From: Camelus ferus
Taxonomy: Eukaryota
Assembly (NCBI RefSeq): GCF_009834535.1
Contig: NC_045697.1
Location: 45,014,001 to 45,078,000 of the forward strand
Direction of reading: 5' to 3'
Length of the DNA stretch: 64,000 nt
In this document: positions 1-12,629 of the stretch, piece after piece
Layout of the letters: each line of letters starts with the position of its first letter
Position numbering within the stretch: the stretch's first letter is position 1
Position numbers and translations under genes: made by a program
The notes under the pieces: model-generated
Seen by the model: the letters and a program-made list of their open reading frames with translations, nothing else
What the model was told of the DNA's origin: nothing
Database searches by the model: none

Positions 1-434
1 GCTGATCTGTGAATCAGCATGATCTTTGACACCGTTTTCATGACTCCATGATACACATTGTAAAATAATTACAGTGTAGGCAGTTTTTCACTAATTTAAA
101 TGGTATGTTTTATGAGATGATATTGACAGTAAATGATATTTTTTAGTTTATTTAGCAAAATTTAAAAAAAACTGGTGATTCTAAGACATCTACCCTTATT
201 TTCCTTGCCAAATTTATCTGATGTACAAATGCGATGTAATAGGACTCAGTGAATTAAGACATCCTAATCATGCTGAATATTAGGGTTAATTGAATCAAAT
301 GATTTTCACTTTCAAATTATTTTAATGGGGGCAATGGAATTCTGGGCATTCCTTAGCCACTTCATACTACAACCAGCTGTTATCTCCTGAATTCCTATAA
401 TACCTATCATCAGGATAACTCGGTTCACCCTTAC

Positions 435-437
<3 letters not shown>

Positions 438-491
<54 letters not shown>
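438..491. repeat. (GT)27 microsatellite
   Basis: Uninterrupted GT run read directly; source of the THTH stretch in ORF 312..533. Confidence 0.97.
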
Positions 492-496
<5 letters not shown>

Positions 497-584
497 TAGC
501 ACCAGTCCTCAATATGGTCTCAGTGTGTCTCATATCTCTGTGTGTCTGATCTTGGAGTCAGACACAACAATACAAAGAGGCCAT

Positions 585-826
585 ATACTATTGTAGTGGA
601 GTCCTGGGCTCTGCAATCCAACTGCCTGGGTTCAAGGCCTGGGTTCACCACTGGGTAGCTGTGTAACCTCAAGCAGGTAACTTACCTTTCCTGTGCCTCA
701 GTTTCATCATCTATCAAATTTTAAAGTTAACATTACCTACCTAGTAGGATTGTTCTCAAGATTTATTCAGATAATCCATGTGAACATTTAGTATAATGCC
801 TGGTACATAGTAAGAGCTCAATAAAT
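585..826 (+). mobile_element. MIR SINE, near full length
   Basis: ctgcctgggttcaa...gctgtgtaacctc...ctgtgcctcagtttcatcatct...tgcctggtacatagtaagagctcaataaa follows the MIR core and tail. Confidence 0.85.
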
Positions 827-864
827 AGCAGCAAAAACAACAGACAAAGAAGAAGCAAACAAGA

Positions 865-1095
865 AACTCTGGGGAGTCAGACAGGCTTGTGATCTGACAC
901 ACCCACCTCCATGACCAGCCCCTCCTCCTCGACTGCACAGCGTGGCTTTAGGCAAGTTACTTAGCATCTCTGCATCTTGTTTTCCTCATCTCTGTAATGC
1001 TTACCTCACATGTTTTGTTGTCATCATCAAATAAGTTACTATATGTAAAGTATTTATATTGTGTTTGACTCATATAGGTACACAATAAATGTTTT
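865..1095 (+). mobile_element. MIR SINE, degenerate
   Basis: ggcaagttacttagcatctctg...tttcctcatct...atgtaaagta...caataaatgtt. Confidence 0.7.
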
Positions 1096-2625
1096 ATCAA
1101 TTCCTTCTACTTTTACGCATCTGTATTCACACAGCCCTTCCTCTCTGTATTTTGCACGTAATAATAATTAACAAGTATTTGCTGCATCCTGTACCCATCT
1201 CTCTGTCTTACTGCCTGTCACCTACATTGTCAGTTTCTCTACAAGGAAGAGCAGAAACCCATGCACAGAACAGGAATCTTACTGGTTAGGATTCAGGTTA
1301 CTCAGACCTGTTGCCCAGTCTTTTTGCTTTGGCCAAGATCAATCCTGACAGACTTCTCTGATGACAAGACAGCCTATCAGAAAGGACGCTGGATTGGGAC
1401 ATTTTGTGATATCTTGGCACAGATGGGAGAGTTATGGGTCCAACACATTGTTTTAAAAAAGACATGCTGTTTTTAAAGAAGTTTGTGATTTGGTCTCTTT
1501 CCTGAGAGCTCCAACCCCAGCCTCTTCCTTTATGTGATTCTCACATTATCATCTCATGAGGCAAAGGTGGACTGCCTTGGACTTGACCACCAGGGCTGGC
1601 ACACACGGGCAAAACTTGTGAGATGTATTTTTGGGCTTATACTGATATGTCCCTCAAGTTAAATAAATTCCATTGCTCTTTTTTTTTTTAAGGCAACACC
1701 CTTTTAAAAGACATTTTGGAGCAAGATAATGTTTATTTTCACTGCTGGAATGAGGGAATGAAGGAATGAGTGATTGGAGAATAAATCAGTAAAACAGTTT
1801 TAAAATATAAACCCCATCCCCCTCCTTGACATTAACGTTTCAATGTATGAGGATGCAGTGCTTCTTCCACTAAACCCTGGTCCTGAGTTTTTTTCCCTTT
1901 TCTCAATCTCTTCTAACTTGGAACATGACTCTTTCCCTTTTTCTCTTTAATATATATTTTTTTCAATCAGTGCAACATTTTAGGAGAGACTCCTTCCAAA
2001 AGTGAGAATTTAGAAGGGGTGGTTAAAACGTTGACGCTTTGTGATTCCAAGATGTACTTGGACAGTTACTGGGTTATAAGGCAGAGGATGGGTTCTGCCT
2101 CCATGGGCTGCCTATCCATCCGGCGGCGGATGGCTTCTTGCCAGGAACAGGAAACACAAATGTTCACCTTGGACAGATTTTGGTGCAATGTGTTGCTCCT
2201 CGGGTGTCTACCATTTTCACTGCTCAGAATAGAAGATTCCTTTACTGCAATTCAAGCACCTACAACGGCTCCAAAAACAGTACTGTTTGCAATTGTTGGG
2301 AAGAGGCTTTGTAAAAATCTCATTAAATATTGACACTCTTGCTCTGCTCTGTCAGAAAAATGAACTTAGATTCCCTTTGGTGTCCTTTCCCTGGCAGCCT
2401 TCTTAACATTACCTTTTGTTACTTTGTGACACTGTTTCTTGAGTGAGACAAAGTTAGGATCTCAAAGAACTTCGCCCCCTATTGGGGAGACAAGAGGAGC
2501 AAGAAAACCTTTATTAACATGAGCCAGACTATGTAAGCTTTCCCCAAACTTAAGACATACAAAGACTGTTCATGATTTTTCCCCCTTATTTGTATATCAC
2601 TTCTCTTATTGCTTCATAGATTTTT

Positions 2626-2810
2626 TTAAAAATTATTTTTTATTGTAGTATAGTCAGCTTATAATATGTCAATTTCTAGTGTACAGCATAATATTTCAGT
2701 CTTACATACACATACATATATTCCTTTTCATCTTCTTTTTCATTGTAGGTAACTACAAGATATTGAATATAGTTTCCTGTGCAATATGGAAGAAACTTAT
2801 TGTTTATCTA
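2626..2810 (-). mobile_element. Short L1 3' UTR fragment
   Basis: T-rich tail then attgtagtatagtcagcttataat...tattgaatatagtttcctgtgc...tgtttatcta; same family as 37679-38428 and 31678-32012; degenerate TSD catagatttt/cacaggtttt. Confidence 0.8.
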
Positions 2811-3685
2811 CACAGGTTTTTTTTTTTTACTTTAAATTGATGCACTTTTTAAAATGTAGCTTTGTCCTGAGCAATAATACCTAAGAAATGATAGGTTTTA
2901 TGTTCTAACTTCCTAACACATACAGAAAGAAACCCATGACAGCTAAAATTGCATTTTTAAATGTGTGTGTTACTTCAGATCTTCCTGTGTAACACAAGTG
3001 GTAAGGAAATGAAACGTTGGGAAATGTTGAACTGGATTGTCCCACTGTTGAAGTTGAAATCAGGAATCACGACCACATTCCTGAGGGACTGGAATTGTAG
3101 GAGTTGATTCGCAAGGCCAGGGTTGGAAAAATACCTGTAGGTGTGCCCAGGTGTTTAAGGCCTCCTTCCCTCTCTGTCTGCTTTCAGTGTACTCTGTCCT
3201 TAGGGCTCATCCTCCTCTTCCTTTGCATTCTCGACCTCCATTCTCAGTTACTTCCTTTGCTCCACCACTGGCTGTGATCTCTGGGTTGCCAAGCTCAGAC
3301 TGGAGACTTGATGTCCACGTGCAGAGCCCCTTTGCATTGGTTTCCTTTTGGCCCTTTGGACTGCGGGCTTTCCACCAATTTCTGTTATGGAGCTGGTAAC
3401 AGCAAATTTGTTCAAAACAGCAAATTAGAGCTGAAACTGCTCTGGGAAGAACTTGACCTGGAAGGACTTTGTGTGACTGGGAATGGGGCCATTATCACTT
3501 AAACCATAAAATCTTGTGAGAAGAGAGGTTATGAGAAGTTTAAAATAAAAATAGAGTGTCTGCTTATATCTTTTATAAACATTTTGTATCTTAACTGTGA
3601 AAAATGTGGACCACCCTCACTGGTCCTCTCATCTCTTGAGTCAAAATGATGTTCCAAGCTGCAAGAGTAATTTCCAAATATTCTT

Positions 3686-4660
3686 GTTTTTTTTTTAACA
3701 TTTTTTATTGATTTATAATCATTTTACAATGTTGTGTCAAATTCCAGTGTTCAGCACAATTTTTCAGTTATTCATGGACATATACACACTCATTGTCACA
3801 TTTTTTTCTCTGTGAGTTATCATAACGTTTTGTGTATATTTCCCTGTGCTATACAGTGTAGTCTATTCTACAATTTTGAAATCCCAGTCTATCCCTTCCC
3901 ACCCTCCACCCCCCTGGTAACCACAAGTCTGTATTCTCTGTCTGTGAGTCTATTTCTGTCCTTTATTTACGCTTTGTTTTTGTTTGTTTGTTTGTTTTTG
4001 TTTTTGTTTTTTAGATTCCACATATGAGCGATCTCATATGGTATTTTTCTTTCTCTTTCTGGCTTACTTCACTTAGAATGACATTCTCCAGGAGCATCCA
4101 TGTTGCTGCAAATGGCATTATGTTGTCGGTTTTTATGGCTGAATAGTATTCCATTGTATAAATATACCACATCTTCTTTATCCAGTCACCTGTTGATGGA
4201 CATTTAGGCTGTTTCCATGTCTTGGCTATTGTAAATAGTGCTGCTATGAACATTGGGGTGCAGGTGTCATCCTGAAGTAGATTTCCTTCTGGATACAAGC
4301 CCAGGAGTGGGATTCCTGGGTCATATGGTAAGTCTATTCCTAGTCTTTTGAGGAATCTCCACACTGTTTTCCACAGTGGCTGCACCAAACTGCATTCCCA
4401 CCAGCAGTGTAGGAGGTTTCCCCTTTCTCCACAGCCTCTCCAGCATTTGTCATTTGTGGATTTTTGAATGACGGCCATTCTGACTGGTGTGAGGTGATAC
4501 CTCATTGTAGTTTTGATTTGCATTTCTCTGATAATTAGTGATATTGAGCATTTTTTCACGTGCTTTTTGATCATTTGTATGTCTTCCTTGGAGAATTGCT
4601 TGTTTAGGTCTTCTGCCCATTTTTGGATTGGGTTGTTTATTTTTTTCTTATTGAGTCGTA
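3686..4660 (-). mobile_element. Young 5'-truncated LINE-1 (ORF2 C-terminus, 3' UTR, poly-A) with 13-bp TSD
   Basis: Open frame 4011-4660 encodes L1 ORF2p C-terminus with the CCHC motif ([18 protein letters not shown]) and WYIYTMEYY. Perfect TSD tccaaatattctt at 3673-3685 and 4661-4673; minus-strand site TTT|AAGAA fits the L1 endonuclease. Confidence 0.97.
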
Positions 4661-5554
4661 TCCAAATATTCTTAAACATGATTTCACCACTCTTCTCATG
4701 CATCCCCAGAGACTCAGGACACTTTCAGGGCTGGAGGAATAGAAGTTCTAAGACACCGAGGAAATGGACTAGTGGAAAACTCAATCTTCTACCTTCTGTA
4801 CTTTGGGACTCTGTTCACTGATTTTTGTTTCTTCATTTTTCTTCACTCAAAATAATATGTACAATTTGGCATCAAATAAAAAATACCTAAGACTTTTCTT
4901 TTCACAGGCTGTTCTCTGAACAAGATGTGAATTTTTGAAGGGAAAAAAATCTGCAAATAACCCTGCTAATAATATTACAACTGTAACTGGCTTGTGAAAG
5001 TCATGAGAATGCCTTTGATAAAAATGCCAACTGAATGGTATAGTTCTGGTAAATGGGATCACATTCTGGGGCCATGGGATTCCACTGTCTGCACTGACCG
5101 TTTTCACTTGGAGTCTTATTTACATCGATGCAGTTTTGCAAGTTGACTTTTAGACAAAGAAGGGTCACATGATCAACACTAAAATAGAGGAATGTACAGA
5201 TTCCTCCCAGCACCTTTAGGGGATTCTTCCTCTTAAACGTCTGAGTTTTAACTGGGCTTTGGAAATATGAAATTCCTGAGTCATACTAAACAGCATAAGC
5301 AAATTTCAGACCAAAGTGGCACATTTGAGAAAGGCCTGTTGCCAAGGGTGGAGGTAGAAAAATGTCAGTGTTTTTGAGGCCAGGGCGGGATATTATTCAT
5401 GCGTGTGGGCAGCTGTTACATTCGGAGTCCTCTGAGAGCCGGCAGAATGTGCTGTGCCTGCGATACTGACTCGTCCTCTCTGTCCCAACAATGTGGTTGC
5501 ATGTGTCTGAGAGTTGCAAGCCCTTTATGATGGTATCTACAAATTCTTGCTCTT

Positions 5555-6313
5555 TTTTTTTATAACTTTTTTTTTATTGATTTATAATCATTTTACAATG
5601 TTGTGTCAAATTCCAATGTAGAGCACAATTTTTCAGTTATACATGAATATACATATATCATTGTCACATTTTTTTCTCTGTGAGCTACCATAAGAGCTTG
5701 TATATATTTTCCCCTGTGCTATACAGTATAATCTTGTTTATCTATTCTACAATTTTGAAATCCCAGTCTTATCTCTTCCCACCCCATGCCCCCTTGGCAA
5801 CCACAAGTTTATATTCTATGTCTGTGAGTCTATTTCTGTTTTGTATTTATGCTTTGTTTGTTTGTTTGTTTGTTTAGATTCCACATATGAGCAATCTCAT
5901 GGTATTTTTCTTTCTCTTTCTGGCTTACTTCACTTAGAATGACATTCTCCAGGAGCATCCATGTTGCTGCAAATGGCATTATGTTGTCGGTTTTTATGGC
6001 TGAATAGTATTCCATTGTATAAATATACCACATCTTCTTTATCCAGTCATCTGTTGATGGACATTTAGGCTGTTTCCATGTCTTGGCTATTGTAAATAGT
6101 GCTGCTATGAACATTGGGGTGCAGGTGTCATCCTGAAGTAGATTTCCTTCTGGATACAAGCCCAGGAGTGGGATTCCTGGGTCATATGGTAAGTCTGTTC
6201 CTAGTCTTTTGAGGAATCTCCATACTGTTTTCCACAGTGGCTGCACCAAACTGCATTCCCACCAGCAGTGTAGGAGGGTTCCCTTTTCTCCATACCCTCT
6301 CCAGCATTTGTCA
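5555..6313 (-). mobile_element. Young 5'-truncated LINE-1 with 17-bp TSD
   Basis: Nearly identical to 3686-4453; ORF2 C-terminus with a 2-bp deletion near the end. TSD tacaaa(t/g)tcttgctctt at 5538-5554 and 6314-6330. Confidence 0.96.
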
Positions 6314-8840
6314 TACAAAGTCTTGCTCTTGGTTTTGCTGGGCACAGTCATCAACATATGAATACCTTCCAACCTAAAACAGCTAAAAAACATGGTTAAG
6401 GAGAAGCAGAAATGGAGAGCTCTCGGGAAGTGTTTCTAATGATTATTTGGGAATGCTGAAAATGTTGACTCACATAGCAGATCAAAACAGGCACTGTAGG
6501 TTGTCAGAATAACAGAGACTTGGTCCTGACCGATGGCACCCACCCAAAAATACCAAAGAGAGTACTTCTGAGGAAATCTAGGTCAAATTTCCCTCTTTAC
6601 TAGTTTCTATCTCACCTCCAAATTCCCCCACACATCAACCCTGTGTCTTCACAATTTACAAGGCAAGGATTAAGATTGAAATGACTTGTTTATTTGTAAT
6701 TCAATTCACAAGCTCTGCATAAGTAAATAAACTAATAAATTATTGCAGAGTTCCTTAATCCTAGAGCTCCATCTTTGGCCTGTTTGATTTCTTTACCTGA
6801 CTTTAATACTACAAACACTGGTAATTCATGTATGGAAAGAAAAGGACTAATTTTTTTTTTTTTTTCTGAGCAGCAACTCATAAGCAGCTCCATCTATCAG
6901 ATGTCTGCAGATGCCTTTCAGAAAGAGTCTGCCCTGATAGTATCCATCAACTGGATTCTTACACTTCCGGGTGGGAATTTAGGTTGCATCAGCTCACAGA
7001 CCACAACCCTCTGTGGTTTCAGTAGAGTAGTGCATCACAGCCGAAAGAGCACCAGAAACTTAATTTCAGATTCTGGCTTTGCCACTAACTAGTTCTGTGA
7101 CTTTAAGCAAGTTATGGAACCTTTCTGGCTATCACTGATAGCGAAATACAAATGTCGGATCAGGTCTGGGCTTGTCCCAAGCGCTGGTTCAGGTTCATTG
7201 GTTGCAGTGTGCTGGAGAATGTTGAGAACAGTAAGACGCATCCAGCCACAGTGGGAATGAGTACCCTCGTTGGTTGTTTCAGACTCAGGCTTATCCTAAT
7301 AGATTAGCTATGTCTGTCCTGTGCAGGTGCCTTATTTGGGTCAACCCCAGCTATGCATTTCACCTCTGAGAAACGTAGAACACATGTCAGAGCAGCAAGA
7401 GTATTTTCTAATTTTCAGAATCAGAAGTAGAAAATTCTCTTGAACAAGACAAGATTTCAGAGAGTCAATTCTTTCCAGTTCCTTGGCCCAGCATCTCATA
7501 TTTTCCTCCTGATTATTAATAACCAGTTGGAACAAATGGCCAGTTGATGCACCCTGCCTGGGAATATTTGGAAGCACCCAGAAATTCCTTCCTCATTCAC
7601 ACTCATTAGGCAGGACTGGGAAGGTTTACTTTGCTTACCAGTCAATGAACTCATAATATGTTAGTATGAAGTGCTTAGAGCTAGTTGTAAAACTGGCTAC
7701 TTTATATAATTTTCATTTGATGGGATCAATTTCAAGAGATCTTTAAATCGAGCAGAAATCATAAAATTATTCAAGCCTACACAGTCTTAAGGAGAAAGTT
7801 CACCCATGTCACTGTAATGTTGACGTCCATACTTCGGAATTCATGATAAATGCCCTGAGCAGCTTCAAATACACAAGTCTGTCTTTTATTAGTTAGTTTG
7901 TTTAATGAAGATTTCCCTACTTCCTGAAAATCTCAGAAATAAAAAACTGTTTATGTACCCATTAGAGTAATTTGCTTGAATTAAAGCTGAGGCTTTGGAA
8001 TCACCATTCTTTATCATTCGGCAGTGTACTTTATCCCTGACTAAGAGTTTGGGGGCTCTGGTCCTATTTTTTTTTATGGCCTATTTTTTTTAATGGCCTA
8101 TTCCTAAATTTAGGAAAATTATTGAAGCCCACTATGTCTGCTACCCTCCCAAACAATTGGATATTTGCCTTTGCTCCTTGACTGTACTTCAAGGATATTC
8201 GAGGACTTGAAGAAATTCCAGGAGGTCCATTGAGGCCCCCTGCTGAGAGTCACTCATACCATTAGCATTGTTGCTGTTGACGAGATTGTCCCTTACCCTG
8301 TGCCTTCATCTTAAACAGCCCTGTGTGTTCTCTTGGGCACAGAGATGCCATTTTACATGCCATTTACAGCACCTAGAAATGCAGAGGCTCAGAAGAAATA
8401 ATTTTGACTATGAAATACTAATATAATTTTTACCTTAATCCACAAAACAAGTTCATCTACTTTGATTTCTCAAATGTCTGGGAGAATTTATGCAACAAAG
8501 GCTGCTACCAGGACATAAGGGTGTGTTGGTTGATGTCCTAAGCAGGTTTTACACCCTTCAGACTCCTGTAGTCTCTTCTCTTAACATTCACTTGTTCTGT
8601 TAATGGCAAAAGGAAAAGGAGTAACATGTCCTTAAAAATCTATTGTCCTTGTCCTTTAAAATCTATTAACTTCGAGATGCATATATCTTCAGAGAATATG
8701 GCTTTATTTCACTGATCCTTTCCTAGACTATAATTTCAGTGGACTTTCTACATACTATTAGAAACAATTGACTGTTTTTCCGCTAAGAACCCTATTTTGC
8801 TCCTTCCTAGCCAATCTCCCCACTCTTTATGCCATATGAG

Positions 8841-9269
8841 CAGTGGTGCATGAGTCAAGGTTTAAAAACTGAATCTCTGAAGAAAAAGAAATAAGTCCTG
8901 ATTTGTAGTGCTTGCCAGTTTTGCAGTGTGAATAGTCCCACCATGGCCATTATTAAGTTACCAATATGGCATCTCTGAGCACAGAGTTGGGAAGAGATTC
9001 ATGGTAGATACCATTGCATAATGTTACCACCACCCAAAAACAGTAGATCAGTAAACTTAGGACCATAGATAATAGTAAAATGTAGTGAAATAATTAGGAA
9101 GTGATAAGATTTTAGTATATATTACCCTTATTTTAAACATAGTTTATTTGTTAGTGCATATAATTTAATTTTTAATAACAGCCGTGTTTAACAGCTGGCT
9201 CACAAATTTCCTGAAAATTTAATAGTCAGTTCTTGTGAGCTGGTGTGGACTGGTTCCAGCACACCATTA
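8841..9269 (-). mobile_element. MER63-like hAT (Blackjack) non-autonomous DNA transposon
   Basis: Ends cagtggtg... and ...ccagcacaccatta; internal gtaaaatgtagtgaaataattaggaagtgat; 8-bp TSD catatgag (8833-8840) / cagatgag (9270-9277), the hAT length. Confidence 0.85.
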
Positions 9270-10079
9270 CAGATGAGTTACTTACAGACTAAAGTTTATT
9301 TATTCCCTGGCAGTGCTTGGAAAACTGGGCAGGGAAATGTAAGTGATTCTAAACTCCCATCCTAAGCAAAGTAAATTAAAGAGCAGGGATGTATCTGTTT
9401 AACATGCTTTATTTGGTGCCAGTACAAAGCCCTGGCATTTGTGCACTTAATGCATAGATCATATCAACCGCAAAGGGTGGAGAGACCAGGCTAGCCAGAT
9501 AGGCCACTCCTAAAAACATCAAAAAGACTTTTAAAATTTTGAAAGGAGTATAAACACAACTGAACATGAAACCAGAAGAACTTGGAGAGAGAGATTTTTT
9601 AAAAGTTAGTTTAATCTAGACAGTATAAACACACAGAGATAATATTAAATCTGTCTGGGGAGGCAATACTGGAAATATCATTGTTCATTGTGTATGAAAT
9701 GAAGGAAGTAAAGAAGACAGGCCAAAAGGAAACAGAGCCTTAAAATTTGATGTATGTAGGTAGATTAAGAAACTATAATTTGTATTTACTTTGGCTACAA
9801 GTGAATGGACATGTGACCACCATTAAGTCAGTCTTCAAAGCTTGGCTGCTTGGTTAGAATACCTCAAGGTGCCAGGAGGGAATATGAGTTCTACTGGGTC
9901 TAGTAATAGTGGGAGAAGACAGTGAAATTGTCCTTCTAGTCTACAGATCTTTGTTCTCTTCCTCCAGAAATTGCCTCCAAGCAACACACTCCCTCTCTCC
10001 CCAAGCCCTGTTGATTCTGCCTTCTCCACTTTTGCCAAGCATTTACTTGGACGTTTCTTTATCTGTTACTTGCCTTGTC

Positions 10080-10350
10080 TCCTTCACTGTCTCTTCCCAA
10101 CTTCTGCTGTTCTTAGAATTGCAGTTTGAGTATCAGTTCCAGGAAGCCTTCCTTGACCCTCACAATCCTACTTGGAAGATACAATGAATTGACATCCCTT
10201 GCAACTGGTATGTCTCTTCCAGTAGACTTGAAACTGCTTAAGGATGGAAATGTATCTTATTCTATTGTATCCTATGTGCCAAGAGCAAATCCTTATTATG
10301 TAGTGAGTGCTCAATGAATGCTTTCTCTGAACGAGTTAAATAAATGAATC
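10080..10350 (+). mobile_element. L2 3' end fragment
   Basis: ttccaggaagccttccttgacc...tagtgagtgctcaatgaatg...aaatgaat, typical L2 tail. Confidence 0.65.
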
Positions 10351-11711
10351 AATGCCCACAAAGAAGACAGAACCCAAAGGAACCTGGGAGGCTTTCCATT
10401 GCTTAAAACACATAGTAACAACTACATGACTGGATGAAAATACTGCTGGTACCACTCTCTTTGAATAAATGAGTAGAACAAAGTCGATTATGAATTCTCC
10501 TTCAGTGTACATGCCTCCTGTCCCCCTTCCTCATGCCAGTCCCTGGTATTCTCCCATCAGCTATGTTAATAGCCTTTTCCCTCTTTCCCCTAATTGCCTT
10601 CTGGAACCCCTTGCTTGGTGCACTGAGTACAATAGATGGTCTGTAATTAAGCAGGGTGAAATGAAGGAGGAAGTAGATTCCAATGCGAGGGCCTTGCCGC
10701 CTTCGAGCACCTGTGTTCCCTCTCTCCCCTCTACCTCCACCTGAATAATTAAATGCATGCTCTTTTGTATTGCTCTCCAGCACTCTGGCGAACACTGCTC
10801 TCTACATATTCATGGAGACAAAATGAAATGAAGTAGGGCGAAATTACAGGTTAGACAAGTGTCTGGTGATAGCCTAAATTATTATCTTTGTAGAAAGCTA
10901 AGGGTTGATGTAGGGCTTTTATACATCTCCCAAGACATGAAATTCAGGTTCTGAATTAGAGATAGAATTACACTATGTAGCTTGATATCTTATTCTCAGG
11001 TGTGTGGGAGATGTCTAGAAGTAAAATAGCTTTAGCCCTTGTAGACTGGGGCTATTTAAGTTGGGAGATACGTCACATGCATAATCTTTAAAAGGCAGCG
11101 ATGCCTTGCACTTTGACTTTTCAGAGATTCACTCCCTTCAGCCTATTACAGTCCACATGGACTTTATTCACTGCCCTCAAAGCCATTTAGACACAACTGA
11201 TGACCATCTGTCAACAGCGAGAAGAACTTTTACTTCCTTTGTGACCAGTAGCATGTGGAATGTCCCGTCAGCATGGGTGAGGTTTGAGATATGAGAGTCT
11301 CAGGCACCCTCATTACTCCTTCAAAGTCTCCCAGAGCAGAGTGAACAGTGCTCAGCACTACGGTTATCTCCTTGGCCACTGGAAATGACCATTTTTGAGT
11401 TCTGGGTATTTAATAGTCTCTTCTCTTTTTGTTGAATTAAACAGCAACCTTCGTAACTGGCAGTAATTTAAAACCTTGAGGTTCCAAAAGATATTTATAT
11501 TCAACTTTTTAAAGGATCGAAAAGTGTAACTGTCCCTTCTGAATGTGCTTAATATAGAACTTTGTCTCTGCCAACTTTTTAGGACACCAGCAAAAAGTTC
11601 AGAAGAGTTTATATCCAATTGCATCTCAGGAGTATTGGTTCAAAATATGTTAGCTGCATGAATGCCATTAAGGAAATGTACGATAATGGTTTTCAGTGCA
11701 GTCTTTAAAAT

Positions 11712-11893
11712 ATTGTTTCTCAAAAGGTGGACCAGTCTTCCTGCATCTTACTTGGAGAGCTTGTTTAAAATGCAGATCCCTAGGCCACGCACCAGATGTT
11801 ACGAATCAGAATATCTGAGGGTGGGACCCAGGAATCTGCGTATTAAGCAAGTTCCCAGATGTTATTGATACACTTTACAGACGAATGACCATC
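11712..11893 (+). mobile_element. MER5-type hAT-Charlie element
   Basis: cttgtttaaaatgcagatccctaggcc...gaatcagaatatctgagggtgggacccaggaatctgc. Confidence 0.75.
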
Positions 11894-12254
11894 AATTTAG
11901 AGCATTAAAAAACAAAATGCAAGAAATACCCTGTCATTTTTCGTTAAACACAATGGCAATAGAGCTTTCCTCATTAATGCTATGAGTGGATAAAGGTTTT
12001 TTATTGGGCAGCCACGTAGGTGGGTGGATGTGGCACAATCTGAGCCATGGTGGGTAGGAGTTTGGTGGGAGTTCTAAGAGCTGGCAGCTGTGTGAATCAA
12101 TAGCAGAATGGCCTACAACTGAACATTGTACATCGTGCATGAAATGACCTATGTCGAACGGTCAGGGTCAATAATCCAGGTGGGACTGAACAAGTAAGTT
12201 TCCTCGTGATCTCTGTAGATTAGGTGAGATAAGGACAAAGATTTTGTAGGACTG

Positions 12255-12510
12255 TTCATTCATTCACTCATCCATTCATCCATTTGGCCAATAATTATTG
12301 GGCACTTAGTTTGTCTCAGGCCGCTATGCTAGATTCTGGGAATACAGATGTGAGAAAACATGGTCCCTGCCCTCACAGGGCTTAGAGCAGCATGAGAAGG
12401 GAGATATTAATAATCCTAGAATCATAGAAGTAAGTACCTAGTTATAATTTGTGGTGAATGCTATGAAGAAAAATTACATGGTGCCAAGGGAGCATGACAA
12501 GAGGACCTAA
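12255..12510 (-). mobile_element. L2 3' end fragment
   Basis: ttcattcattcactca...atgctagattctgggaatacag...catggtccctgccctca. Confidence 0.75.
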
Positions 12511-12629
12511 TACAAAGCAGATTGTAACATTTAAACTTACGATGAAACCGGTAACTCGGCAGAACAGCCTGAACGCGTCTCCTCCATCTCTTTGTTATCT
12601 AGGTAACAAATATGGTCGAAATATAGCTA

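Noticed and set aside
2079..2150. HDV/CPEB3-like ribozyme fold
   Set aside because: P3/L3-like (GCC-UCCAUG-GGC) and P4-like stems are present, but the GG of P1.1, the C-R-A J4/2 strand and a matching P2 are missing.
4011..4703. 230-aa ORF as a host protein-coding gene
   Set aside because: It is the L1 ORF2p C-terminus of a 5'-truncated insertion; the first residues come from flanking DNA beyond the TSD. The same applies to ORFs 5830..6393 and 38210..38464.
7324..7339. E-box plus CArG box (CAGGTG CCTTATTTGG)
   Set aside because: Several CC(A/T)6GG matches are expected by chance in 64 kb of AT-rich DNA, and there is no supporting context.
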